NCBI GenBank assembly: GCA_963920595.1
Contig: OY986946.1
Coordinates: forward strand, 4,216,001 to 4,280,000
Origin: Eimeria praecox
Lineage: Eukaryota
Length of the DNA: 64,000 nt
Reading direction: 5' to 3'
Within the stretch, counting starts at the first letter, position 1. Every line of letters begins with the position of its first letter. Below the pieces are notes generated by a model, which was not told the origin of the DNA, searched no databases, and saw only the letters and a list, made by a program, of their open reading frames with translations. A program made the translations under genes and the position numbers. Below are positions 35,619 through 48,646 of this stretch, in pieces.

Positions 35619-36320
35619 ACACGAGTTCCTATCTTCACAGAGAGGAAGATACCCATCACTCCTGTGTCTCATATACTGCTGCTGCTGCTGCTCTATTTGC
35701 TGCTGCTGCTGCTGCTGCTGCGGCTGTTGTTGCGGATAGAGGAGAGGCCCTGGAAGGTGAGAACTTGGGTGCTGCTGCTGCTGCTGCTGCTGCTGCTCTA
35801 TTTGCTGCTGCTGCTGCTGGTGGTGGTGATAGTGATGTGGTGTCTGCTGCATCAACAAGTGCTGCTGCTGCTGCTGCAGCTGCTGCTGCTGCTGCAGCAG
35901 GTGTGGTGGGTGTGAGAGCAGCAGCTTATCCTGCCAGCTGAGGCCGACAGCACGAGGAGACAGAGGCAACAGCACTGTCCCTGGGGAGTTGATATACATA
36001 TTCGCAAAGTGCTGCTGCTGCTGCTGCTGCTGCTGCTGCAGGTGCTGCTGCTGCTGCTGCTGCAGGTGCTGCTGCTGCTGCTGCTGCTGGCCTTCAACGA
36101 ACTGCTGCTGCTGGCGAGGAGGCACAAATAGAGGAAAGCCCTGCTGCTGCTGCTGTAGCATTTGCTGCTGCTGCAGTATCTGCTGCTGCTGCAGCATTTG
36201 CTGTTGCTGCAGCATTTGCTGCTGTTGCAGCAGCAGCTGTTGCTGCTGCTGCTGCCGTGTTGGGAGGGGGCACCTCATGGAAACGGCTTGCTGTTGAATC
36301 GGGGATCGATGCTGCTGCAT
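30346..36320 (-). CDS. Hypothetical very Q-rich, coiled-coil-like protein; 5 exons, about 1700 aa
   Basis: Exons 36320-35521, 35302-35052, 34809-31594, 31410-31338 and 31111-30346 join in frame through GT-AG junctions (5106 nt). Non-repeat islands include LAANMRDLQRRIETVSAHADLLRQSLEE and RPAWLEGLSLNDFLLDLMQRGLAPMSRL...FVAFIAAQIKERQ. No family recognised. Confidence 0.72.
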
Positions 36321-36323
36321 CTA

Positions 36324-36359
<36 letters not shown>

Positions 36360-36519
36360 GTGCAGCAGTAGCAGCAGCAGCAGCAGCAGCAGCAACTGCG
36401 TTGTAACAGGAAGCAAGAGAAGACAGAAGCAAAGAAGAACAGAAGTTGATATAATCTACAGCGTCAAGCGTATTTGTTTATCTACTTGCTGCTGCTGCTG
36501 CTGCTGCTGTTGCTGCTGT

Positions 36520-36560
<41 letters not shown>

Positions 36561-36639
36561 ATGAGAGAGAGATGATCTGCTGCTGTGTGAGCCGAGACAC
36601 ACCTTTAGCTGCTGCTGCCGCTACTGCTGCTGCCGTTGG

Positions 36640-36685
<46 letters not shown>

Positions 36686-36795
36686 AGAGCCCTACGGGCC
36701 TCTAAAGAATCCCTTTGAGCTCAATTGAATAAAAACAATTAAGAAAAAGAAAAACAAGAGACAAGATAAAGATAAAAAGAACCGTGATGCTGCAG

Positions 36796-36845
<50 letters not shown>

Positions 36846-37461
36846 GAAGGTTGAAGAGGTGATGCTGCAGCGGTGTTTTGTGTGTCTGTGTAGAGGGTTT
36901 AATAGGCTCTATAAGTAGATAAAGAATATAAAAACGAGAAGATATACATAAAAATAATCAAATAAAGTTATTTAAATATATATTATAATACAATATTATG
37001 GCTGTACAGACAGCCGAAGCAGCGGGCCGCCGGCGCGGCCTCACCCAACCGCCTGCGGTGTCTAGGCAGCTGTTAATTATTATCGGATCATAAAGGATGT
37101 GTTTTAAAGATAAAATCATTGTTTTTTATGTTTTTTATGTTTTATTGTGTTTAATATATTAATTTATTATTTAAAAATACAATTTAAATAATATCATTAA
37201 GTCTTTTCTTTATTGCACACACACACACACACACCCTTAGAGGCGGCGGCAGCGCCACCGGTGTTTGTTTGTGTGTTTTGAAATATGTATATAAATTAAA
37301 TATAAAAATAAAAAAAATAATAAAATAAATATATAAATAAACAAATTAATTAATTAATTAATTAATTAATTAATTAATTAATTTGGTGTTTTAGATTGCT
37401 GGAGATACACTCGAAGGCTATGAACTCACTCAACACCATCTACTTAAAACATAGAGGAAAC

Positions 37462-37900
37462 TAAATAAAATAAATAAATTAAATAAATTAAATAAAATAA
37501 ATAAATTAAATAAATTAAATAAAATAAATAAATTAAATAAATTAAATAAATTAAATAAAATAAATAAAATAAATAAAATAAATAAATTAAATAAATTAAA
37601 TAAATTAAATAAAATAAATAAATTAAGTAAATTAAATAAATTAAATAAATTAAATAAATTAAATAAAATAAATAAATTAAATAAATTAAATAAAATAAAT
37701 AAAATAAATAAATTAAATAAATTAAATAAATTAAATAAATTAAATAAATTAAATAAATTAAATAAATTAAATGATAAAACAAAGTAAATAAAATAAAATA
37801 AATAAATTAAATAAATTAAATGAATTAAATAAATTAAATAAATAACTTAAATTAAATAAATTAAATAAATTAAATAAATTAAATAAATTAAATAAATTAA
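37462..37900. repeat. AT-only 9-mer satellite (AAATAAATT/AAATAAAAT)n
   Basis: Seen directly; it produces the artefactual (YLI)n ORF. Confidence 0.93.
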
Positions 37901-38064
37901 ACAACGATTCAGCAACGATGTAGATCTACCAAATACAAACACAAACAAAAGCAACTTAACAGCCTTCGCCGACAGCTAGCTAGCTAGCTAGCTAGCTAGC
38001 CAGCTAGCTAGCTAGGGGGTCCTTAAGCTTCAAGGGCTGCAGGCTCTCTTGCTGCTAACTAAGA

Positions 38065-38102
<38 letters not shown>

Positions 38103-38224
38103 GCAACAGCAGCAGCAGCAGCAGCAGCAGCAACAAAGAGACAGCTAAGGAGACAGTTGACTTGCTGTTTTCATTTGCTGCTGTCTCTTAGCTGGAGTGT
38201 ACATACACCGTAAATAAAAAACAA

Positions 38225-38802
38225 ATAGATAAACAGACAGAGACAAATAAGAGACAGAGACAGAGACAGAGAAAGATAAGGAGACAGATATATATAGAGA
38301 TAGAGAGAGACAGAAAAGATAAGGAGACAGATATATAGAGAGACAGAGAGAGACAGAAAAGATAAGGAGACAGATATATAGAGAGACAGAGAGAGACAGA
38401 CTAATAAGGAGACAAATAGATTAAGACACAAAGAAGGGGAGAGACAGATGAAGACACAGAGAGAGAGAGACAGAGACAGAAAGAAGAAGAGAGAGAGAGA
38501 CAGACAGAGACAGAGACACAGACAGAGAGACAGACAGAGAAAGAGACAGAGAAAGAGACAGAGACAGAGAGAGGAAGAGACAGAGAAAGAGAGATGAAAA
38601 GAGAGAGAGACAGAGAAGGAGACAGAGAAAGAGAGATGAAGAGAGAGAGACGAAGAGAGACAGAGAGAGAGTAGCCTATCTCTCTCCCTGTCTCTCTCTG
38701 TCTCTCTCGCTTTTTGTCTGTCTGTCTCCTTCTCCTTCTCTCTCTCTGTCTGTCTCCCCCTCTTCTAAACTCCTTCTTAAGCTCTTGCTAATACTTGTGC
38801 TG

Positions 38803-38865
<63 letters not shown>

Positions 38866-39174
38866 GTCTGTCTCTCTCTCTCTCTGTCTCTCTCTGTCGC
38901 CTTCTCTCTCTCTGTCTGTCTTTCTCTGTCTCTTTGTCTCTCCCTCCTTCTCTGTCTCTGCCCTTCCCTCTCTCTCTCTGTCTCTTCTTTCTTCTCTCTC
39001 TCCCTCTGTGTCTCCCTGTCTCTCTGTCTTCCTGTCTCTTCATCTCTCCCTCTCTGTCTCTCTTTCTCTGTCTCTCTCTGTCTCTCCCTCTATGTCTCTC
39101 CTTCTCTGTCTCTCTTTCTCTGCCTCTCCTTCTCCGTCTCTCTTTCTCTGTCTTTCTGTCTCCCTCTGTCTCTG

Positions 39175-39212
<38 letters not shown>

Positions 39213-39340
39213 TCTGTCTCGCTGTCTCTCTCTCTGTCTCTCTCTCTCTGTCTCTCTGTCTCTCTCTCTGTCTCTCTGTCTCTCTCTCTGTCTCTCTCTC
39301 CGTCTCTCTGTCTCTCTGTTTCTTTGTCTGTCTCCTTCTC
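38225..39340. repeat. GAGACA-rich tract (38225-38670) followed by its complementary TGTCTC-rich tract (38680-39340)
   Basis: Purine-to-pyrimidine strand switch at about 38675. Confidence 0.9.
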
Positions 39341-39374
39341 TAACTCTTCGTCTTCAGCTCCTCACCTCACATCG

Positions 39375-39872
39375 CTAGCTAGCTACGCCTCAGCTAGCTC
39401 TTAGCTAGCCAGATAGCTAGCCAGACACTTACATAGCTAGCTAGCTGTTATATAGCTGTTAACTAGCTGTTAGCTAGCTGTTATATAGTTGTTAGCTAGC
39501 TGTTATATAGTTGTTAGCTAGCTGTTAGCTAGCTGTTAGCTAGCTAGCTGCTAGCTAGCTGTTACCTAGCTAGCTAGCGGTTAGTTAGCTGTTAGCTAGC
39601 TGTTAATTAGCTAGCTGCTAGCTAGCTGTTAATTAGCTCGCTAGCTAGCTGTTAGCTAGCTGCCAGCTAGCTGTTAGCTAGCTGTAAGGTAGCTGTAAGC
39701 TAGCTGTAAGCTAGCTGCTAATTAGCTAGCTGTAAGCGAGCTGTTAGCTAGCTGTTAGCTAGCTGTTAGCTAGCTGTTAAGTAGCTAGCTGTTAGCTAGC
39801 TGTTAGCTAGCTGTTAGCTAGCTGTTAGCTAGCTGTTAATTAGCTAGCTGTTAGCTAGCTGTTAGCTAGCTA
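39375..39872. repeat. (TAGC)n-derived satellite with unit close to TAGCTAGCTGT
   Basis: Seen directly, just beyond the 3' end of uL2m. Confidence 0.92.
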
Positions 39873-39986
39873 AGTGTTTAAGGGGGTTCTTCCTAGGGAG
39901 ACTTAAAAGAGCGAAGAGACAAAAACACAGAATAGAAAGTACACTCAGCAGCAGCAGAAGCTGTTGCTGCTGTTGCTGCTGCTGCT

Positions 39987-40046
<60 letters not shown>

Positions 40047-40478
40047 CCGGCCTTGCGTAGACGGAAAGCCTTCGTCTTTCTGTCTGTCTCTCTGTCTCCT
40101 GTCTCTCTTTCTCTCTCTTTCTTTCTCTCTCTTCTCTGTCTCCTCTCTGTCTCCTCTCTCTCTCTTCCTCTACTGTCTCCTCTCCCTCTCTCTCTCCCTC
40201 TACTGTCTCCTCTCCCTCCTCTGTCTCCTCTCTCTTCTCTCTCTCTCTCTGTCTCTGTCTCTCTCTCTCTCTCATCGTCTTACCGCTTCATATTTATGTC
40301 TGTCTCTAGTTTTATATCCTTTAGTAAGGATACCCCACACTGTGTCAGACTGTCTCCTATCTCTCTGTCTCTTTTTTGTGTCTCTTTCTCTGTTTTTTCT
40401 GTCTTTTTTCTGTCTCTTTTCTCTGTCTCTTCTCTCCCTTCCTTCTCTTCTCTGTCTCCTCTATCTCCTGTCTCTCTC

Positions 40479-40958
40479 TCATCGTCTTACCGCTTCATAT
40501 TTATGTCTATCTCTAGTTTTATATCCTTTAGTAAGGATACCCCACGCTGTGACAGGGTGTCTCCCTATCTTTTTCTGACTTGTTCCTCCCCCATGCGGGT
40601 GTTTAGATGCATTCATAGCTTTGCCTCGGACAGAAGGCCTTATTCCTCTCCTTCTTGCGTCTCCTGCCTTCTTAAAGGAGATAGGCTTCTTAATATGTTG
40701 TAGGAGACACGAACCCCCTCTCCCTGCTGTTGCTGCTGTTCCTCCTGCTGCTGCTGCTGTTGTTGCGGTGTCTAGACATGTCATACGTGCTATACCACCA
40801 CCACCAGCAGCAGCAGGAGCAGCAGCAGCAGGAGCAGCAGCAGCAGCAGCAACAGGAAGAGCAGCAACAGCAGCAGCAACAGCAGCTGTCTGCATGGACT
40901 GCCCTATACAAGCCCAACAGTCTCCAGATAAGATACGTACATCCCCTGATGGCAGCTG

Positions 40959-41023
<65 letters not shown>

Positions 41024-41491
41024 GAGGAATATGATGCAGCAAGATACAGTAAGAACCTGGAGCCCTTGCTATCTGTCCCCCCCTCCCAGGTGTCTCCTCA
41101 ACACAATATATAATAGATTTAGCTGGTATAGAAGATAAAGGGAGACAACACCCGGGGTGTATAGGGGCCTGTGTAGAAGCAACAACTCTATCCCCAGGTC
41201 TTGTTGTTGCTGCAGGTAGAATATAACTAAGGACCCCATCATCATATTGTATAAGTGCTGCTGCTGCTGCTGCTGTTCTTCTTCTTCTATCTTCTTCTAT
41301 TCTTAATACTGTAGCATATATATCTTTTCTACTTCTTCTATAATCTATAAACAACAAACGTGTGCTGTCTCCTCCTCCTCTGTGTCTTACTACTATCTGT
41401 CCTGTACACCCTCGCCCCCCTTGCTGCACGAGACGACAAGACAGCTGCTGTGTGGGGCGCCCTCTAAAGATTAAACCCATACGTTTCTTGC

Positions 41492-41540
<49 letters not shown>

Positions 41541-41681
41541 AGCAGCAGCAGCAGCAAGCTGCTCTAGAAGACGCTGTTGTTTTGCTAGAGTGAAAGGAAG
41601 ACGAGGACCTTGAGAAATAGCATTTGCTGCTGCTGCTGCTGCTGCTGCTGTTGCTGCTGCTGTTGCTGCTGCTGTACCATT

Positions 41682-41717
<36 letters not shown>

Positions 41718-42311
41718 TCTAGGGGGGCAGCCTGTCTGCAGCAGCAGAGGGAGAGGCGCATTACGACGATATAATACTTTAGGAGAATAATAAGAAGAGA
41801 AGAAACGACAGAGAGAAGGCAGACAAGACACAGAGATACTGCTGTACAGACACCCCAACACACCCTGGGTTGCTGCTGCTGCTGCTGCTGCTGCTGGTGT
41901 TGCTGCTGCTGCTGCTGGTGTTGCTGCTGCTGCCGATAAGGATGTAGATACTCCCCGTAATGAGGCTGATTTTGCTGCTGCAGCTGCTGCTGCAGCAGCA
42001 GCTGCTGCTGCTCTTCCTCCTTCTCTTCGAGCAGCAGCAGCAGCAGCAGCAGGTGCTGCTGCTGCTGCTGCTGCTGCTGTTTCTAGAGAAGCAGATCCAT
42101 CAGAGGAAAGGCAGAGAGTAGAGGGGGGGGCCCCTCTCGAGTTGTTTATTTTATGTGTTGTATATAAATGTATATTATAATACGATTTTAAAACAAAAGA
42201 AGAAGAAGAAGAAGAAGATAAATTAAATAAATTAAATAAATTAAATAAATTAAATAAATTAGATGGATGGGAGGAATAAACCCGCGGAGAGAAACGCGAG
42301 GAGAAATACAT
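40479..42311 (-). CDS. rpl2: Mitochondrial ribosomal protein uL2 (bacterial-type L2) with poly-Ala/Ser insertions
   Basis: GGRGCTGQIVVRHRGGG, IDYRR, ALIQYDDGVLSYIL, PGCCLPLSSIP, GGQIARAPGSY, VQLPSGDVR, KAGDARRRGIRPSVRGKAMN..HPHGGG, PVTAWGILTKGYKTR. It has a long N-terminal extension. Apicoplast rpl2 is plastid-encoded in apicomplexans, so a nuclear copy is most likely mitochondrial. Start codon uncertain. Confidence 0.93.
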
Positions 42312-42330
42312 TTAGCTACCACATCACTCT

Positions 42331-42402
<72 letters not shown>

Positions 42403-42538
42403 ATGCTGCTGATGCTGCTGCTGCTGCTGATGCTGCTGATGCTGCTGCTGCTGCTGATGTTGATGCTGCTGCTGTTGTTGTGTTTGTTATTCGTGCTGTT
42501 GCTGTAGTTGTTGTTGCTGCTGCTGATGTTGCTGCTGC

Positions 42539-42569
<31 letters not shown>

Positions 42570-42641
42570 TAGGAGGGCTGCAACAAGCGTGTACACAGGA
42601 GAATATAAACAGTCAGATCTACCTTATCCTATCTTCAAACA

Positions 42642-42675
<34 letters not shown>

Positions 42676-42819
42676 GCAGCAGCAGCAGCAAGAGCAGACA
42701 CTGCAGCAATTATTTGAGTATAAGAGATAAGTTTGTTTATTATACTTAAATATTTAATTTAATTTAATTTAATTTAATTTAATTTAATGTTTAATTTGTT
42801 TATAGATTTATCGCTTCGC

Positions 42820-42859
<40 letters not shown>

Positions 42860-42876
<17 letters not shown>

Positions 42877-43349
42877 TCGGCGGCTGCTGAGGGATGCGCT
42901 ACAAAGCAAACTCATATTCTTTTAAATAAATAAAAATATAAAATTTATTAATTTATTTAATTATTTATTTTTAAATAAAATATATTTAAATACTATTTCT
43001 ATGTTCCTTTGGAGGCTACCCCCCTATCTACACACATGCATCGACAGCAACAGGCTGCTGCTGCTGCTGCTGCTGCTGCAGCAACAGCAGCAGCTGCTGC
43101 TGCTGTTGCAGCAATTAAAGCAGCAGCAGCAGCAACTTCACCTTCTGAACAGCAGCAAACCTTGCAGCATGTGTGGCAGCAGCAGCAAACACGCAGCAGC
43201 AGCAGCAGCAGAAGGCCCTCTGCTGCTGCTACGGCTGCTGTTGCTGCTGCTGCTGCAGTAGACAGCAGAAAATACAAAACAAAAGCAAGTGTCTGGGGTG
43301 TATAGGCAGCTTCAAAATGCATATAAATAAAACGTTCTATTTAAAGTAC

Positions 43350-43433
<84 letters not shown>

Positions 43434-43564
43434 TAGAACATATAATATAATGCGTAATATAATGATATATATAACATATATAATATAATAATTATATTAT
43501 ATTAAACAAAAACAAACAAAACTAAAGCTTTGATAATAGCAAAAACATATACTATCTCCTCTCG

Positions 43565-43618
<54 letters not shown>

Positions 43619-44386
43619 GTTTATATTTGTTTATTGTTATTTATATTCATATATATTTATATTTATAAAGATATATAATTAAATATAAATATAAATATAT
43701 ATAAATATATTTATATATATTTTTTATATTAATATATCTCTAGCAATATATTAATATTGCTACATTCATAATATTAATATATCTGTATAAATATATTTAT
43801 ACAAATATATTTATAATATAAATATAAATTAATATAAATATATTAATATATAAATATATATAAAATAAATATATTTATATAAATATAAACACTAAAGCTG
43901 CTATCTTATCAACTACCTACAACTCCCCCGGGTGTATCTACAGCCGACCTCAGACCACTTAAAATCTGTTTCTGATTAACTGCTGCTGCTGCTGCTGCTG
44001 CAGCAGCAGCAGCAACAGCTGCTGCTGCTGGTGCTACTGCTGCTGCTTGTGCAGTTGCTGCTGCTGCTTTTGCAGCAGCAGCAGCAGCAGCAACAGTTGC
44101 TGCTGCTACTGCAGCAGCAGCAGCAGCAGCAACCCAACAGCCTCAGGGATATATGAAATGCTGAAGCCATCAGCAGCAACCTACAGCTTATCTAAAACAA
44201 GACAGCAGCAGCAGCAACAGCAGCAGCAGGATCTGCTGCTGCTGTTGCTGCTTCATTGTCAGCAACAGCAGCAGCAGCAGCAGCACCTATAACTGCTGCT
44301 GCTGCTGCTGCTGTTGCTGCTGCTGCAGCAGCAGCAGGCAATGCAGAAAAAATACAGCAGCGCTTCTTTTTTGGCTTCCTGAAAAA

Positions 44387-44453
<67 letters not shown>

Positions 44454-44955
44454 CAGGCCGAGGATGTAGGTAAGGGTCTGTACACGGGTCTGCACACCCC
44501 ACAAAAAGGAGACAGACGTAGCTGTCGATACACCTCAACGCTGCTGCAGATATAACTGCTCCTATAGCAACAGCCGAAGGAGGTTTGAAGCCTCCAAGGC
44601 TCCTAAACCCTAAACCCTAAACCCTAAACCCTAAACCCTAAACCCTAAACCCTAGGCAACTCGAAGCCATCTCAAGTCGCCCCACAATGAAGGTGGGAGT
44701 TGTGTGTGCTTTATTCTTAGCTCAATGCCATGCAGCAGCAGCAGTATGTTTTGTTGTTGTTGCTGCTGCTGCTGCTGCTGCAACAATTGTAGTAGTAAGT
44801 GTTGCTGCTGCTGCTGCTGCAGTAGCAGCAGCAGCAGCAGCAGCAAGAGATGAAGCGTGAGTTTCTGTTGTTCGTATCTCCTTCCCCTCTGACGCTGTAA
44901 AACCCACGATGAGGTCCTGCTGCTGCTGCTGTTGCTGCTGCTGTTGCTGCTGCTG

Positions 44956-44991
<36 letters not shown>

Positions 44992-45080
44992 AGGAGCTCA
45001 GGCTCCTGTTGCACTGCCAGTTGATTGTTGTGTTTGTATATTTTGCGCGAGAGAAGGACGAGGGCGTAGACTGTCTCCAT
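42860..45080 (-). CDS. Possible multi-exon hypothetical gene between MORN and uL2m
   Basis: Non-repetitive islands with splice-like edges. HGIELRIKHTQLPPSLWGDLRWLR joins EPWRLQTSFGCCYRSSYICSSVEVYRQLRLSPFCGVCRPVYRP in frame across a telomere-repeat intron (about 44660-44603). Later islands read VAADGFSISYIPEAV, NQKQILSGLRSAVDTPGGVV and RFIYMHFEAAYTPQTLAF. A complete model could not be closed; boundaries are approximate. Confidence 0.3.
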
Positions 45081-45109
45081 GGTTTGCAATGCTGCTGCTG
45101 CTGCCTTGA

Positions 45110-45146
<37 letters not shown>

Positions 45147-45549
45147 CTTGCTGCTGCTTCTGTTGAAGGGAAGACTGAGAAGACAGTCTTCCCTCCCCCT
45201 CCCCACTACCACCTCCATCTCTCTGCTGCTGCTGCTGCTGCTGCTGCAGCTGCTGCTGCTGCAGCTGCTGCTGCTGCAGCTGCTGCTGCTGCAGCTGCTG
45301 CAGCAGCTGCTGCTGCTGCTGGGTTTGGATGTTTCCTGCTGTCCCCCCATCTGCAGCAAGGAGAGATTGCTGCACTGCTTCATTAGCTGCGACAGCAGCA
45401 GCAGCAGCAGCAGCGGCAGCAGCAGCAGCAGCATCTGCTTCTGCCGCAATATCTGTTGAATATATATCTTGATATCCATTTTTTCTGTCTCTTTTTTCGG
45501 GTGTATCTCCAGCTTGTCCCTCTCCCTGTCTGTCTCCTTCTCTCTCTTC

Positions 45550-45593
<44 letters not shown>

Positions 45594-46350
45594 CTTCTTC
45601 TTCTTCTTCAATCCAAGCAATTCTTCTTCCATCCTCCCAAATGCCTTTTTTAATATCGCCGTGTCTCGAGGTAAACAACCCCACACCATGCTGTCTCCCC
45701 TGTCTCCACTGCCCCTTAAACTGTCTGCCATCATTCCATATAAATAAACCTAAACCTTGTTTCTTATCTTGTTTATATTCTCCTTTATATACTCTTCCAT
45801 CTCCCCATGTAAATACGCCGTAGCCCTCCATTCTATTACGGCTCCACTGGCCCTTATAAGACCTACCGTCAGCCCATATATATACCCCTGCTCCTTCTAT
45901 ATTATTATTATTAAACTCCCCTTCATATTTCGATCCTTCAGGCCATATAAATAAACCTATTCCTTCTTTCTTCCCCTGTCTATACACCCCAGAAAAGTAA
46001 GAGCCATCAGCCCATATCTCCTGCGCCTTTCCATCCTTCTTATCGTCTTTCCACATTCCCCTGTACACACTACCATCCGAGTGTCTGTACACCCCAAAAC
46101 CATTCGCCTTATCTCTCTTCCATTCTCCATCATAATAATCCCCGTCTGTATGTGTGAACACACCCCGGCCATCAGCATATCCTTCTCTCCATTCCCCCAC
46201 ATATCGCGCCCCATCACCCCACACTTGGATCCCAAACCCATGCTTCATCGATCCCAGCCACTGCCCTGTATAACTTACTCCATTGCCTAACATAATCTTA
46301 GGCCTAGTCTCTACACCTTCTTCTTTGCACAGAGACGATGAGGCTACTAG

Positions 46351-46383
<33 letters not shown>

Positions 46384-46643
46384 AGATCCCCCTGATACCG
46401 ACGTAGGCAGCAGACCTTCCTCAGCTAACAACGACAGACAGCCACCACCGGATTCAGAGGTTGAACCTGCTGCTGCTGCTGCTGCTGCTGGAGCTGCTGC
46501 TGCTGCTGTTGGTGCTGCTGCTGCTGCTGCTGTTGGTGCTGCTGCTGCTGCTGCTGTTGGTGGTGGTGGTTGGGGGGGGAGGGAAGAAGAGGAGGGTGAT
46601 GCAGCAAGAGGGGCTGGTTGCTCAGATGAAGAAGCTCTTGCTG

Positions 46644-46680
<37 letters not shown>

Positions 46681-46795
46681 TGCTGCTGAGGCTGAGGATC
46701 GTATGCCTACGCCATCACCTTCGTGTTGTTGCTGCGGAAGAGAAGCAGAAGGAGATGCTTCTAATGCATTGCTGTTGCTGCGAAGGCCCTCCCCT

Positions 46796-46832
<37 letters not shown>

Positions 46833-46949
46833 CTTCTTCTTCCTTGTCTGTCACCCCACCTCCTCCTTCTGCTGCTGCTGCTGCTTGCTCTTTGCTGCCT
46901 GGGGAAGGCAGAGGACGTTTAGCCTGAGCCTTGCTCTTACAAGCCCCCA

Positions 46950-46950
<1 letters not shown>
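44998..46950 (-). CDS. MORN-repeat protein with predicted N-myristoylation/palmitoylation
   Basis: About 9 tandem 23-aa MORN repeats (YxGxWxxGxxHGxGxxxxxDG) at about 46280-45630. The probable start MGACKSK is at 46950; the ORF-track start at 47070 is not ATG. No kinase domain. Confidence 0.92.
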
Positions 46951-46996
<46 letters not shown>

Positions 46997-47146
46997 TTGC
47001 TGCTGCTGCTGTTGAGACTGAGACTGAGGCTGAGGGGAGTCCTCAAGCGAATGCTGTAGCTGCGCCCCACTCAATGTCTGCTGCTGCTGCTGCTGTTGCT
47101 GCTGTTGCTGCTGTTGCTGCTGCTGCTGGGCCGACGTGCTGCAGGA

Positions 47147-47181
<35 letters not shown>

Positions 47182-47463
47182 AGGGGGGGATGTCTTACTA
47201 GACAGCAGCAAAAGTGCATATGTATAAAGAAAACGCTGTATAGTCAAAGCAACTACTGCTGCTGCTGCTGTTGCTGCTGCTGTTGTTGCTGCTGTTGCTG
47301 CTGTTGTTGCTGCTGTTGCTGCTGTTGTTGCTGCTGCTGCTCTTCCGGATCCGCGCAGGCCCGTGCTAGCCGCAGCTGCTGCTGCAGCAGCAACAAACAA
47401 AACAAAGATATTATATATTCAGGAGTAGTTGAAAGGATTTAAGAAACGCATGGTGGCAACCGT

Positions 47464-47505
<42 letters not shown>

Positions 47506-47542
47506 TTGCTGCTGTTGCTGCTGCTGCTGGGGTCCGTCGGTA

Positions 47543-47577
<35 letters not shown>

Positions 47578-47787
47578 AGTCTAGGCGCTGTACATGTTAT
47601 GAAGGCGCCGCTGCTGTAGCTAATGCTGCTGCTGCTGCTGCTGCTGTATACACCTGCTGCAGTTATAAACAAGCTATAAAACAAAATAATAATATCGATC
47701 TACAGCAGCATCTGCTGCTGCTGCTGTTGTTGCTGCACCGCTGCAGCGCTGCAGCAGCCGCTGCTGCTTAGTGCGCTGCTGCTGCCT

Positions 47788-47833
<46 letters not shown>

Positions 47834-47976
47834 CTCTGCAGCAGAATATATTTAAAATGTATAAAAAATAATAAATTGTATTTTATAAAAAAGAAACGAA
47901 GACTAACCGTCGGGATCGTTGTGGGATCGCAACAGCAGCAGCAGCAGCAGCAGCAACAGAAGCAGCAGACGCAGAC

Positions 47977-48035
<59 letters not shown>

Positions 48036-48189
48036 TCGAACGCTTCTTCAGCCTCGTCAGCAGATATGCCTGCAAGGAGAGAGGGGGGGCTTCTTCTTTA
48101 TTTTCTGTTGTGTTTGATATTAATAGATAGTATAAATATTATACTAACTCCTTATTAATCTCTACAACTTATCTGCTGCAGCAGCTGTA

Positions 48190-48238
<49 letters not shown>

Positions 48239-48264
48239 CTAGTGCTCCCGCAGGTGTGGGAGGA

Positions 48265-48299
<35 letters not shown>

Positions 48300-48377
48300 G
48301 TGTGCTGCTCTTAACCCTGTAGCTGCAGCAGAAGGCCAGGCTAACTAATTATCAGCAGCAGAGTTGTGAGCTTGTTA

Positions 48378-48409
<32 letters not shown>

Positions 48410-48601
48410 ACAGCAGCAGCAGCAGCAGCAGCAGCGGCGCTGGGGGAGGGGGGCCCTCACTTCGATCCTGTAGGAACAGCAAAGAGCAGCAGCAGCAGCA
48501 GCAACAGAGGAAGCAGCAAATATAGCAACAACAACAACAGCAGCAGCAGCAGCAGCAGCAGTTGCTGCTGGGAAGGCTCTTCTTCGGGTACCCGACGAGG
48601 C

Positions 48602-48646
<45 letters not shown>

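Noticed and set aside
44998..47070. Phosphatidylinositol-4-phosphate 5-kinase
   Set aside because: Only MORN repeats are present; no kinase domain is seen.
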